Below, in pieces: positions 1 to 12,493 of a stretch of 64,000 nt of DNA; position 1 is the stretch's first letter; every line of letters begins with the position of its first letter. The DNA is from Gonapodya sp. JEL0774 (taxonomy: Eukaryota), in the NCBI GenBank assembly GCA_027604505.1, contig JADIIX010000110.1, positions 1 through 64,000 of the forward strand. The letters are read 5' to 3'. The position numbers were made by a program, and so were the translations under genes. The notes below the pieces were generated by a model. The model was not told where the DNA came from. It did not search any database and saw only the letters and a list, made by a program, of their open reading frames with translations.

Positions 1-341
1 TCCCGGGGCGGGCCGGGGGGGGGGGGGGGGGGGGCGGGGCCGGGAGGGGAGACAGGTATGGGAGACAGGGAGGGGAGGGTGACAGAAAAGGGACGTACCA
101 GGGGATGCGACTCCATTGGCGGAGTCTGCTGAGTCTGTGTGCGGGGGTGTGGGGCAAGGTGGGTTGGGACAGGGTGCAGGGTGCAGGGTGGAGTGAGGGA
201 CTGATCGACCACAGCTGTGTCCCCACTCCTCACCCCACACTCACTCGCTCACACCCACACTCCTCGCAGACAGTCTGCCCGCTCGCGTTCTGCCCTCCTT
301 CATCCCTTCCTCCCTTCCTCCCTCCCGCCTTCCCACACCCC

Positions 342-3300
342 CTGTCGGCCCCTCGCAACATCAAGGTCTGTCCATCCCCCTGTCTCCCACTCCCTCCCCA
401 TCTCCCTGTCTCCCACTCACACGCCCCTCTCTGTCTCCCTGCCCTCCCATCTCCATCCCATCCCCATCCCCATCCCCATCCCCCCAGGTCGAGATCCTCC
501 AATGGGTCAACGCCATCGCTCTCTTCGACCAAGGAAACTTCCAAGGCGCCCTCGAGCTCTTCTCTGTGCGTGCGACCCCTCCTTGTCTGCGCTCTCCGCT
601 CCCTCCCTCTCTCACTCCCATCTCTCCCCCTTAACACCACCTTGCACCACGTAACACCTCCCTCCACTCCTCCCCTCCCGCTCCCCTCCAGACAATCGCA
701 GACAACTCCAAAATGCACTTCAACATCGCAATGACCTATCTCAACTTGGGCATGATGGACGAAGCGGTACTCTCTCTCTTGTTCCCTCCTCCCCCTCTCT
801 CTCCCCAATCCCCTCTCTCACCACCTCCCGCCCCCCCTCCCCCCCCTACCCCACTCCCTACACCCCTCCCCTCCCCTCCCACCTCCCAGATCGCCTCCTT
901 CACCACCGCCCTCCACGCAGACCCCTACCTCGCCGCGGCCTACTTCCAGCGCGGCGTCTGTTCCTACTCCATGAGAAACTTTTCAGCCGCACTGCAGGAC
1001 TTCACCGATGCCATCGCGGTACGTGTGCCGAGCCGTCGACGGCGAGCGAGATATCCCCCCATAGGTGTCCTGGGGGCCGGGGAGGTTGGGGCAGGCCCGA
1101 GGGGAGGGAGCTACAGCGAGCCCAACGCCAGCGAGATGTCCCACCTGTGTCATTGAGTGTCGTAGTTTACTTTGTGCCGTCTGTTGCTGCTATCCCGGGG
1201 GGGCCCAAAATCTCCCTTCCCGGCCCTTGTTTTGTGTCCTCGGTTTGCCCTCACATCGGCCCCCCCCCCCCCCCCCCCCCGCCGCCTTCTTTCCCCCCTA
1301 CCCCTACCCCCTATTAGTCCCTCCGCGGCAACATGGTCATCGACTACCACCAACTCGGCCTCCCCCACCGCCTCTACTCGTGCGAAGCCCTGTACAACCA
1401 CGCCCTGACCCACCTGGCCCTGGGTCTCGACGTGGCCACGGGGACACAGGAACTCGTGCAAGCCTGCAAACTGAAACCCGTGCTCGACCGGCCCGCCGAG
1501 TACTACGCCAACATCGATCGGGCCATTCGGCTCGGTGGGCAGGCCCCCTTGCAGTTGGATCTCTACATGGTGCCTCTGGGGTGTATCTACAGGCCCGCAG
1601 AGCAGAAGGTCAAGGTGGCAAGTCAGATGGGCGGGGGCGGGGCGTTGGGGGTGGGGGTAGGGGGATTGCAGCAGCAGCAGCGGCAGCAGGTGCCGAGTAT
1701 GGCGAGGCAAGGGGGCGGCGCGGGGCAGATGGGGCAGATGGGGGGAGCAGGTGGGATGGGACAGATGGGGGGAGCAGGCGGGATGGGACAGATGGGACAG
1801 ATGGGATCGATGGGACACATGGGGAACATGGGACAGATGGGGCAGATGGGCGCGCAGATGGGCAACCAGATGGGACAGATGGGCGGGCAGATGGGGACCA
1901 TGGGTAACATGGGTAACATGGGACACATGGGCAGCACGGGACAGATGGGCGGCGTGGGTCAGATGAACCAACAAGCCTACTTCCAACAACAACAACAACA
2001 GCAACAACAATACCAACAGGTACGTTTCCCCTCCCTCCACTCCACTCCAACTCCACACTCACCCGCACTCACCACCGGCCCGCCCCCCTCCCAAGTCCCT
2101 CCCCGCCCCCCCTACACCCCCCTCAGCCCCCTCGTCCACATCTTCCACCATGCGCCGCGCCCCGCCACCACCCGCCGCACCCGCACCGCCCACCGCGCCC
2201 CGGCCGCCCGCGCAGCAGGGACCGGCACAACGCGCGACCGCACCACCACCCCCACCGCCGCCTGGGCCCGCGGTCAGGAGGGGGATGGAGCAGGAGGAGG
2301 AGGCGGGAGAAGGAGAAGGAGAGGGAGAGGAGGAGGAGGAGGAGGAGCAGGACAGGACGAGGCCGGCGAACCCGTTTGCAGGGGGGCTGGCGAGGTTGAA
2401 GAAGGCAGGGGCAGGGGCAGACACGGGGACGGGTGCGGGCGGGTCACAAGTGCAGGCGGGGAGGGCGGCCGGTGCGGGGGCCGGTGTGGGTGCAGGTGCC
2501 GGGGCAAAAAAAGCGGGCGGAGTCGGGGCGCCGCCACCCCCACCCCCACCGCCGCCTCCTGGAGGTGCGGGTGCGAGGGGGGGTGGCAAGGCGAGACCCA
2601 CAGCGCCACCGCCTGCGCGGAGACACGAGGACGAGGACGAAGTTGAGGAGGACGGCGACGGGGACGAAGACGTGGTAGTGGTTGTGGTGCCCCCGCCGCC
2701 GCCGCCGGGGGTGGCCAAGGCTGGGAAGGCGAAACCAGGCGGTGGTGGTGGTGTGCCGCCTCCACCGCCACCGCCGCCGCCACCGCCGCACGTCGGGGGG
2801 AAGAAGGCACCGGCGGCGGGGAGGAAGCAGCAGCAGGATGAGGAGGAGGACGAGGACGGGCCAACGGCGCCGCCGCCGCCACCACAGATGGGGAGACCTG
2901 TGGTGGGGAAGAGCGGGGGCTTGGGAACCGTCAAGGGGCCGCCGCCGCCGCCGACGGCGAAGAGGCCGCCCAGGCCAGCCAGAGAGGAGGAGGAGGACGA
3001 CGAGGAGGAGGATGAGCCGGCGCCACCGCCACCGCCTCGGCCGACGCAGCCTGTGGCTAAACCGGGATCTGCAAAGGCCGGGACGGGGACGGTCAAGGCC
3101 GGTGCGAGTATGGTGAAGAAGCCGCCGGCACCGCGTCGAGATCAGGATCAGGACGACGACCAGGACGACGACGCGGGGTTTGCGCCCCCGCCTCCGCCGC
3201 CTCCTCCTGTGGGAGGTGGGGGCGCCAAGGCGGGCCCGAAGACGGCCGTCAAGAAATCGCCACCACCACCTCCCGAGGACGACGACGACGACGACGAACC

Positions 3301-5042
3301 CGCGCCACCACCACCGCGGCCGCCCGTGCTCAAGGCTGCGGCCGGAGCGGGCAAGACTGGGACAGGGACTGTCAAGGCCGGCGGCACCACCGTGAAGAAA
3401 CCGCCTCCTCCGCCTCCGGCAGACGAGGAGGATGAAGTGCGCCCCACACCGGCCGGTCGGGCTGGTGGAATCCCGCCGCCGCCTCCGCCACCACCCCCGC
3501 CCGGAGGAATGGGAACGGGAGCGTCCAAGGCCGCACCCAAGGCCGCCGCCGCCGCCACGGTGGCAAAGCCACCTATGAAGAAACCGGTCGCTCGGAACGA
3601 CGACGAAGAGGACGACGACGTGCCTGCACCTCCACCTCCGCCGGCCAAATCCTCCGCCGGGGCCGGGAAACCTGGCGCCGTCTCCAAGGCGCCGCCACCA
3701 CCGGTCAAGAAACCCACGCGGCAAGACGAGGACGACGATGTGCCGTCGGGAGGTGGAGGGGGAATCGCGGCGATGGTGGCGGCGCGGGCGGCCAAGAGGA
3801 ACGCGGCGCAGGCTCCGCCGCAGGATGAGGACGAGGATTCTGCTCCGGCGCCGCCGCCTCCCAAGGCGGTCGCGGGCGCGGGAAAGGCACCGGGGAAGAT
3901 TGGTGGTGGGATTCCGCCGCCACCTCCGCCACCGCCAGGTGCGGGGAGGGCGAAACCCTCTGTGGCGTCTGCGTCTGCGGACGACGAAGAGTCTCCACGG
4001 CCGGTGCTGGGCAAGGGCAAGCTGGGTGCATCTGTGTCCAAGCTTTCGAAACCCAATGTAAATCGCGACGAAGATGAAGACGCTCCACCTCCGCCGCCGC
4101 CGGTGAAGAAGGCGACGTCACCAGCGACCAAGGCGAGGCCGCCACCGAGAGTAGAGGAGCCGTCTGATGACGAGGACGCGGCACCTCCACCGCCTCCAAT
4201 GCCCAAGCCAGCCGTTTCCAAGGTGGTTCCCAAGGCTCCACAACCGCCAGCACCGCCTGTCATGGCAAAGAAGCAGCCCTCGAAACCAGCCTACCAGGAG
4301 CCAGAAGAGGAAGAGGAGGATGAAGCGCCTGCACCCCCGCCACCTCCCAAGGCCAAGGCCGGAACCGCGAGCAAGTCGCCTGCGGGCACAATGAAAGCTC
4401 CCACTGCACCTCCCCCGCCGCCAGCCATGCAACGGAACGCACGCGCGCCTCCTCGAATGCAGGAAAAAGAAGAGGCAGAGGAGGAGGAGGAGGAACCGCA
4501 GCCCAAGCCTCTCAAGAAGGCGGCGAAAGGGCAGGTACCGACACTCAAGGGGAGCGTGGGCAACCTAAATTCGGAAACGGAGGGGAGTACGCAGAGCGTG
4601 GCGAATGATGGGGAGAAGGTGAGGATTGTAATTTTTCTTTTAGGTGCAAGTTGGTGCGGGCATCGTGAGCTGATAATGTGAATGGCTGAACGTCGTTTGT
4701 GTTGACGGCGATCTCACAGATGAAGATCAAGGTAAGTCTTGGTGTCTCGAAGTGCATTGACTTCCGTGATACGCTATCCTAATTGACTCCCTCTCACATT
4801 TCCTTGCCGATTTCGAACAGTGCCATTTCTCCGACACCCGGATCGTCACATGCGACATGCCACTTGTATTCGACGACGTTCAGAAAAAGATCCAAAAGAA
4901 ATTCGCGAGCCCTCGACCATTGCGGCTCAAGTACAAGGATGAGGACGATGAGTTGGTGTTGATCATGGACCAAGATGACCTCGACGGGTTCTGCGAGAAG
5001 ATGAGCGGGGAGACCAAAGTGGATCTGTGGTGTTTTGTTTAA
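342..5042 (+). CDS. noxR: NADPH oxidase regulator NoxR/p67phox-like: N-terminal TPR domain, Met-Gly-Gln/polyQ region, very long proline/acidic linker, C-terminal PB1 domain (multi-exon; 5' end uncertain)
   Basis: Spliced exons read VEILQWVNAIALFDQGNFQGALELFS / TIADNSKMHFNIAMTYLNLG / DPYLAAAYFQRGVCSY / LRGNMVIDYHQLGLPHRLYSCEALYN, matching the p67phox/NoxR TPR region. The end (12-nt exon 4720-4731 plus 4821-5042) reads MKIKCHFSDTR...LRLKYKDEDDELVLIMDQDDL...DLWCFV, a PB1 domain with OPCA motif. Confidence 0.85.
1729..2019 (+). repeat. Coding low-complexity repeat: (ATG GGN CAG)n = MGQ repeats followed by (CAA)n polyQ
   Basis: Directly visible 9-nt periodic repeats and a CAA tract inside the NoxR exon. 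Confidence 0.9.
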
Positions 5043-5303
5043 ATATCGCTACAAGTTATGTAATGAAATAAAATGAGAGATTAAATACATTGATTTGCGC
5101 CTTAGTAAATACCAATAACCTCGTGCAGTGCGGTCGTGGAGACTGAACAGAGCGGAAAGGGGGGAAAGGAATCGGGCGATCCACGATCCCGACACATGAA
5201 AACGGCACTTCACCGACTGCGCGCCCTCGTTCCGCATCTTTCCCATCGTAATTCATTTCGTTCTTCGCACTCGGAAGCTCCCGTGTGGCCATCGCCCCTT
5301 TCT

Positions 5304-6786
5304 ATGAACCAATTGTCGAGCTCACCACCAAAAGATCCTCGGAGTGTCGCTTGCTTGATCATAGGTGAGTGGGTTGTTGGAACCGCAGCTCACCATGTAC
5401 AGATAATCGTGTCGTGAGACCCGATGCAGTGTTCCGTGTGTATTGAGTGTTTCCCTTGTGCCGTGATTGACTTCAATTTCAACATTCTCTTTGAAGGGGA
5501 TGAGGTCCTCGGAGGCAAGACTCAGGATTCCAATAGTCACTATGTTGCTGTTAAATGTTTTGCGAACGGATTGAACCTCCGTCGGTAGGCATCAGCTCAA
5601 GTCGTCTCCGGAACCTGATTAAAAACGAAATGTTTTTACACTCTACAGTATCGAAACTGTTGCAGACGAATTCGATGATATTATAGAGCGTGTACGGTAT
5701 CTCTCAGAGAGGTACGCACACGTTATAACGTCAGGTGGAATCGGCCCAACGCACGATGATCTTACAGTAAGTCCTCTATAGTTGAGCAAAACTGCTGGTT
5801 GCATCGCTCCCCTAACATCTCTGCTCGGGTTTGTCGCTGCCGGAAATCCATAGTGTTTGTAGCCTCCCGATGTTGTGTCGTATCGACGGATGACATTGTT
5901 GACTAACTGCCCACTCTCGAATTCAAGACGAAGCCATCTCCCGCGCTTTCGATCAACCTCTCGCCTATCATCAACCAACAATTGAAAGAATGACCACCTG
6001 GAACGCGGAGAGGATCAGAGTTGCGAAAGAACAGCACGAAGCAGCGGTCGCCAAGGCGAAAGCTGAAGGACTGGAGCCTCCCAATCCTCCCGAACTCAGG
6101 TCGCTGGAAATGAATGAAAGTAGAAAGAGGATGGCACTGTTACCGACTGGGGACAAGAGCCAGGTTCGTTCTCTGTATCGATCTCTTGTGTTCGCCCTTC
6201 ATGTGGACGATCCATGTTTCCCTGCTCCAGGCTTTATATCCCGCACCGTCCTTATGGGTGCCTGTAGTTGTCGTAAATGGAAACGTTGCAATCTTGCCAG
6301 GGGTTCCTCGTCTGTTCCGAGAACTTTTAGATCGCTAGTGAGTCCAAGATTTCCTGCTTCTCCCCGTTTGACCGGCCTCCGATTTTTACATACATTGCGG
6401 TAATGAAACTTTCATCCTGGTTACACTCCATCAGCATTGAAAACCACATCGTCCCTGGCCTCCCCAAAGATGACGTGGACGCCCGTCCATGGATTCGCAA
6501 GCTCGTTGGAACCTCGAAGTTTGAGGGAGATATCGCCGATACACTCACTGAGATTCAGGAAGCAGTGAAGGAACTCGGGATCAAAATCGGGAGTTATCCA
6601 AAATCGCCCCCAGCGGCTGGTGCAGTTACGAATGTCTCCAGCACTCTGCAAAATTCCTCGTGGAAACTAAAAGTAGTCGTGTCGTTGGTGGGAAAAGAAG
6701 AGGAAGAGCTTCAAAAGTGGGCCGACGTAGCGCAGCGGAGGTTGGATGGCTGGTTTTTGACCGAGGAAGAAGCGAAGGGAGAATAG
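5304..6786 (+). CDS. Molybdopterin-binding (MoCF_biosynth/CinA-like) domain protein, FAD pyrophosphatase-like (multi-exon)
   Basis: Spliced VACLIIG/DEVLGGKTQDSNSHY, IETVADE...VITSGGIGPTHDDLT, RMALLP, ILPGVPRLF, GEGDIA-like, KIGSYP motifs. Confidence 0.85.
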
Positions 6787-7056
6787 AACTATTGTATCAG
6801 CGTCCAACCTTCACTTTCAAGAGCTTGTTGATATGTAGGCTAATTGCAAAATTGAGGTTGAAGGCGTGTGCAATTGCTTTCCGTCCTTTCCAGAATACTT
6901 TTGTTTATTTCTATCGAGTTCTAAGTTCGGTGACGCCATTCTCTTCTCACGTCACTATCTCCCAGCTTAAAAGCCGCTAAAAGCCTCTTCTCCACCTTCA
7001 CACTTTCCTGAAATCATTTCGCTCCCTTTCTCACTTCATCTTCAACTTGACGCTCA

Positions 7057-8835
7057 ATGCTACTTCTAGCAACGATCCTCTTCCTAAGTGTGCACCTCCT
7101 TCCCTTCACCTTCGGCCAGGTGCAGTCGCCCTTTGTCAGAGGGGGCATGTCATGCCTTTACTTGCCCCAGCAAAATGAGATTCTGATAGCGGGGGGCTAT
7201 CCTTTGAACATCAATGGAACTCCATCAACGGTATGTCGGGGGGTGTCGGTGTGCGGGGCGGTAGCGTGGGGACAGAAACACTACTGACGTCATATCTTCC
7301 ATAGGAGAACTCCACATTTTGGTTGTACAAGCTCTCGAACAACTCTTTCACTCGTAGGGACGTTTCTGGAGCTCCACAAGATCTGTCTACCAGTTTGTAC
7401 CACTCGTCTGCCTCAGTCACTGGCGACGCCGTTTACTTCTTCTACGATACGGCCAAAAACTTCGCACTTTTAAACACAACGACGTGGAGTTGGCAAACTT
7501 TGAATGGTAACACGGTTGATCTGACAAATGAGACTTCTCAACGGACAGGTGATGCTGCGACGGAGAAACCCGACGTACTCAGTGAGCACCGACTTACGCT
7601 TCGATAAACATTCCACAATAGATCTTTCCTCTGCTTTTGGGCTTAGTGGAACCCCGAATTCAGACATCCTCTACTTCGCCGGTGGAGTGATGAACCCTCC
7701 CAATTCGTTTTCACAACAAGTGTCCGAATCTTTTTCTTACAACACACGGACCAACACATTCAGATCACTTGTGGTAAGAGGAATCTAGTAAAGCTACATA
7801 GCATCGTTTATGTAACATCCCTCTTCGATCAAAAGGTTCCTGGTGCAAGCGGGCAGCCAAACACTCGCGCCCCACAAGGTCGGTTTGTCTTTCCTTTGTT
7901 AACTAACATTACTTCTGCAAAGTGTGCTCCTGTTGAATTCGCAGGCCCCACTAGAGGCGTGGTTCTCGGCGATTATTTTATAATAATCTCTCCCAGTGTG
8001 AACGCTCAGGTAAGAGGAAGAAACTCCGCGATGTTTTTTGAACGTTTGTTGAAGAACTGATCTGGGTTTTGAAGCGGACTGAACTGTGGGGTGCGAACTT
8101 GCGATCAGCATCTGAAAACGGAACCGTGCAATGGAAGATGTTGAATATCACTGGTGGAGAGGTACTCTTGAGAACGGGGAGGGTACATCAGCTGGTGACA
8201 TCGAATGGCAGCGTGGCGTTCTTTTACGGAGGGGAGGATGCGGCGCAAGATTCATCAGGTGCAATCACGATATATTCTGATCTTTGGGTACTGGATACGA
8301 ACGGTCAACCCGGTGATACTTCTGCGTGGTAAGTGAGATCGTGTTTTCATTCCGTTTGCTTCATCCTAATTAAATATTTCTCGGATTCGAAGGCGATGGA
8401 CGACCACTAACCCGGTAGTGCCCTACGCATTGCCTGATACAACAAGGCCAAACGAGCGCAGTGATGGGTGCTTTGTTTACTTACCTGGCTCCGGGAAGAT
8501 TTGGATGTGGGGTGGAAAGGTGAGTCTAGACTCACGTGCAAACCCGCACGGGAGTTACCACACTCTTTCATACACTCTTGTCTCCAGATTATCGGCAGTG
8601 TATCGACGACCCAGATGGGGTTTGAAGGGGATCCATCGGTGTATCTTCTGGACACAACGTACCCGGGCGGTAGGTTTTGAAGCCACGATACGTCCGTTCC
8701 CCCAACCTCATATGTATCTTTTTTGAAGGTCAATGGATCGATCGCTACACTCCAACACCAGGTTACAACGCCGCACGCAGCCGTCGTGACAGGGTTCTCT
8801 GGCCTTCTTTTACATTCCTCCATGCAAATACCTAG
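7057..8835 (+). CDS. Secreted Kelch/galactose-oxidase-repeat-like protein (multi-exon)
   Basis: Signal peptide MLLLATILFLSVHLLPFTFG; repeated Kelch-like motifs ILIAGG, LYFAGG, FFYGG...SDLWVLD, IWMWGG. 3' end inferred from splicing. Confidence 0.6.
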
Positions 8836-9274
8836 ACAATATGTAGAGGCAATAAACGGGCTTTGTAGAGGAAAGGTCCCGTGAATCGATGTGGTCCCCT
8901 CTTTCTGGCGCACGGAGTTGACCTTCTGAGCTACCCATCCAGTTGATCCGATGATAAAACCCCCCTTCCCCCTTTTAAGTTTGTTGCGGGATTAATTGAA
9001 TGCGCTGGAAGGCTTGTCGCTACCTCTCATCTGGGATTTGCGATCAGGCATCCTCCCCTGGTGTGGCACAGCGGCGTGGGAGGCACTCCTCATCTTCAAG
9101 CACCAACATTTCACAAGTTATGCCTGCAACCCAGAACGGAGTACGCAAGAGATCCACTGTCGGTAACAACAAGCGAGGCGCCGGAAATGTGACTGATGAC
9201 GTGGTCCAGCGTCGCGCCAGCACTACTGTTCCGAGAACCTCTGGGGGTTGGTACATCACAGGTAATTGTGTCTC

Positions 9275-10823
9275 ATGATGAATCGCCATCAGAAGTGTAC
9301 CACTCAATCTTCTTTCAAAGCAACCATCTTCGTCGTGGTGGCGTTGGGAGCGATCTTCTTGGTGTTTGGCCGAGGCGAATACAATGGGCGCCACGGAGCT
9401 CATCGAATTCAAAAGCGGGCGGTGATCCCCATGATGCATCGGCGTGCTGTCGATGGTCCTGTTCCGCCGTTGGAGAGTCGCCAACTTTTCTCGACAGCGT
9501 GGAAAGCCCAAGACTTCCCGGTCTTGACTATTTCAGAGCCACAAAACGCGGCCCTTCTCCTAAACAGTACATCGCTGGCTGTTAGGTTTACGCTCGCAGA
9601 TAAGTCGTACGGTGTCTGGTCGAATGATCTGAAATGTGGGTTGGACCGTGTTTTGGTTTGAAATATAACGGAGGAACGCAGATAACTTGTGCCACGGCTC
9701 ACCACTCCAAAGGTGACGCTACTCTGTACCGAAATCTCTGGGTTACTGCCGGAACCACACCATCCCAAGGATGGGATGATGCATACGCTCTCGTGACGGG
9801 GCTCGTGGCGGACCTGAGTTCTCCCACTTCGGAGATCTCATTCGCCTACAGTGGAACATCACTTACATTGGACCGTCGCAGCATTTACACGGTACGTGTA
9901 AGCTGCACTTCACCAACATTACCGTATCCGGGGTAAGTTGAAATCGTTGTCTGCGAACAATCCAACGGAGTGGTGCTTGATATGGCTCTTTCGGCAGCAA
10001 CCCCACAATTTCGGGCATAAGCCGGCCTTTCGCGTTCGCATTTAATTCATCGGTACCCATGAAAGCTGGCAAAACTATTTCAGACACCGGAATTTGGGTC
10101 TCTACGGAGGCCCAGGCGTTCAAGGTCAATCAGCCCACTGGAGGAAATTACATTCTCGTGGGAGAGATTTCCCAAATATCTTTCCAAAGCCTCTCTTCAC
10201 TTGCCTCTGTTCCAACCGTCACTGATGTCAAATATTGCGCAATCACCGTGTACCGAGACCTCTCCGACATCAGCACAAACGGCACAGTGCTCCCTGCATG
10301 GTCACTCTCGGCATCCCTCTTTTCTGGTATCACACCGTGGCAGACTTCTGCATCCGTTCCTCTGTACGCAACTGTGCCCCTCAAGTTCGAGTCCGCGCAG
10401 TACGACCGCTTCTCCATGTACCAACTTAAAATCGCGTGCAGAAACTCGTCCAACTCCGAGGGAGGCACAGTTTACGTGGGATTATCGGAGCCATTCAAGC
10501 TCTACGATCCAGTTGGATACGGGCCGTGGAATTGGGCCGACTACTTGAATCCCCCAAAGACTTCGACCCCAGCCGCGGCTGCTTCCCCGTCCTCACCACC
10601 TGCCACAGGCCCTGTCGCCGGTGCAGCATCTGTGACTCAGAAGTCGTCCTCAACGGCGATAACCGGCCAGCCTCCGTCTTCAGGAGCAGTATCCTCTCCT
10701 GCATCTACCACGGAAGATGTTTCGACAGGGAGCAACGTGAAAGCTTCTTCAGGGCGCAAAGCAACACAAACGGGCTACTTTGCCCTGGCTTTGACCATTC
10801 TTGTTCTTGGGATGCTCCAGTAA
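9275..10823 (+). CDS. Putative secreted/GPI-anchored surface protein (multi-exon)
   Basis: N-terminal hydrophobic stretch IFVVVALGAIFLVFG, Ser/Thr/Pro-rich stalk, C-terminal SSG..GYFALALTILVLGMLQ GPI-like signal. Confidence 0.6.
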
Positions 10824-10912
10824 AGAAGTGGCGAGTCAATTCAGCATTGTCGTGTGTACAATATCCCTCGCATGCTTTGCGGAAAAGGGTTACTCTATGT
10901 ATGCAGTCTACC

Positions 10913-11527
10913 TCATCGCCCAATGTGAATCAAGTAACCTTGGGCTATTAGGTGTTCAACATCCGTTCTTAGAACATAATCCTGCTGACCTTTCTTCAGT
11001 TCGATAGTCGCACCACTCTCGGTCACAATTTCACCCAAGTCCACTAAAGCCCGTACATGAATAAAGAGATCACGCGGTGGCACGAGCGTCGCAGAAACGA
11101 GATTCGCCTGGCTCCCGCCTGATGCCTCGGAGTACTCTCGCAATAGGTCACAATACGACTCAAAGAATTCAAGTTCCTGCTGGCTCATATTACGTTTAGC
11201 GTCCGTAGATAGTGCACGGAGGCCCTGGGCCTCCCAGGCAAGGGTTTTAATGAGTTCCAAGCGGAACTTGTGATACGCGAGGAGACATCGTTTGTTCCGC
11301 CGCAAAGCACGCTGTATGATCATAAGCGCGGTAACGATGCCTCGATAAGCAGGATCTTCTGCGTGCTCATAGATGTCCGGGTGCTCTCTCTGCATAGCCA
11401 ACAGCTCCGAGTTGATGTGATTGACCTCATTGATGACGGATCTGACAAGATCAGTGTTGTAAGGAATGAGGACTTGGCTCCGTTTGCACTCTCGGATAAG
11501 TTTTGATGCCTCGTCACCGTAGACCAT
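10913..11527 (-). CDS. PSF1: GINS complex subunit Psf1 (intronless)
   Basis: MYGDEASKLIRECKR-type start, RRNKRCLLAYH, PPRDLFIHVRALVDLGEIVTESG, DVEHLIAQGYL. Confidence 0.95.
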   Translation of the reverse strand: MVYGDEASKLIRECKRSQVLIPYNTDLVRSVINEVNHINSELLAMQREHPDIYEHAEDPAYRGIVTALMIIQRALRRNKRCLLAYHKFRLELIKTLAWEAQGLRALSTDAKRNMSQQELEFFESYCDLLREYSEASGGSQANLVSATLVPPRDLFIHVRALVDLGEIVTESGATIELKKGQQDYVLRTDVEHLIAQGYLIHIGR

Positions 11528-12493
11528 GGAACGATGGGGGATAGATGCGTTGGGTTGGGTCCAACGAAGACGCAGTCAGGACGCTGGGGTTTTCACTTTC
11601 CCAGCTTGAAGGGGAAGAGAACTGAAGGTGATGGCGGAGATGACGGTGGTTTTTGGCAGAATCGAGGTCAGACACGCAAGAATCAATCCGGTTCTCGCCG
11701 TTCTCCCTGCAGGCTGTGGTCGCCGATCTCTGCCATAAGCTTGGGCGCTACAAGATTCCCGGTCAAATCGAGAAGCTAACCGGTTCTTGGACTCCGCGCG
11801 GCATAATGTCCATAGCACTCCTAGATCCTGCCGCGTGGAGAGTGGTTTGGACATCATGCCCCGCTTACCCGCTTCAATAGTACATCTAAGATTTACGAGC
11901 TGCTCACACGACTGATGATTTCATAGAAAGTGGCTTTTTGTTCATCGATTCTCCTCATCAGCCTCTCAGGTACAATGAAAACTTGCTACTTGTCTCGTTC
12001 TTCTTTGCTTTGTCCTTTGCTCCTTCAGCCAAGGGGAATTTCAACACTTGCGAGAATATGCTTTGCCATTACCCACAGAGAATGGCTTAAGAGGAGAACT
12101 TCCTTGGACAGCGTGCCACGCTACACATTTACAATAAGATGGAGAGATTACGGTGTATAGTTACGGTATGGGGCTGGACATCACACTGCTTTGTAGTGTT
12201 CACGAAATAAAGAAGTGAAATGCAATGAAACAGAAAATAGCAAACAAACGAATGTGACAACATTGGTGGCTGTTTATAGGTTACAGGAGTAATACGTCAA
12301 ATGCGTCCCTCTTTCCTATTCAAAACGGGTTATTTCTGTGCATCACAATATCCAACGTTGAACAGTGGGTGATGATATCAAAAGTCTGTTCGTAGTTCGT
12401 CAAGTTACAATTTTTCATTTCATGCTGCTTTGCAAACCTATCGTACCACATAGTAGGAAATAGCAATCGCAATTAGAACAACAACCAAGGAGA

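Noticed and set aside
2059..4563. Long antisense and alternative-frame ORFs over the NoxR linker
   Set aside because: Shadow frames of GC-rich low-complexity codons with no independent motifs.
11631..12490. Possible small spliced gene or snoRNAs divergent from PSF1
   Set aside because: Splice-like sites and TGATGA boxes exist, but I could not build a consistent frame or C/D pair.
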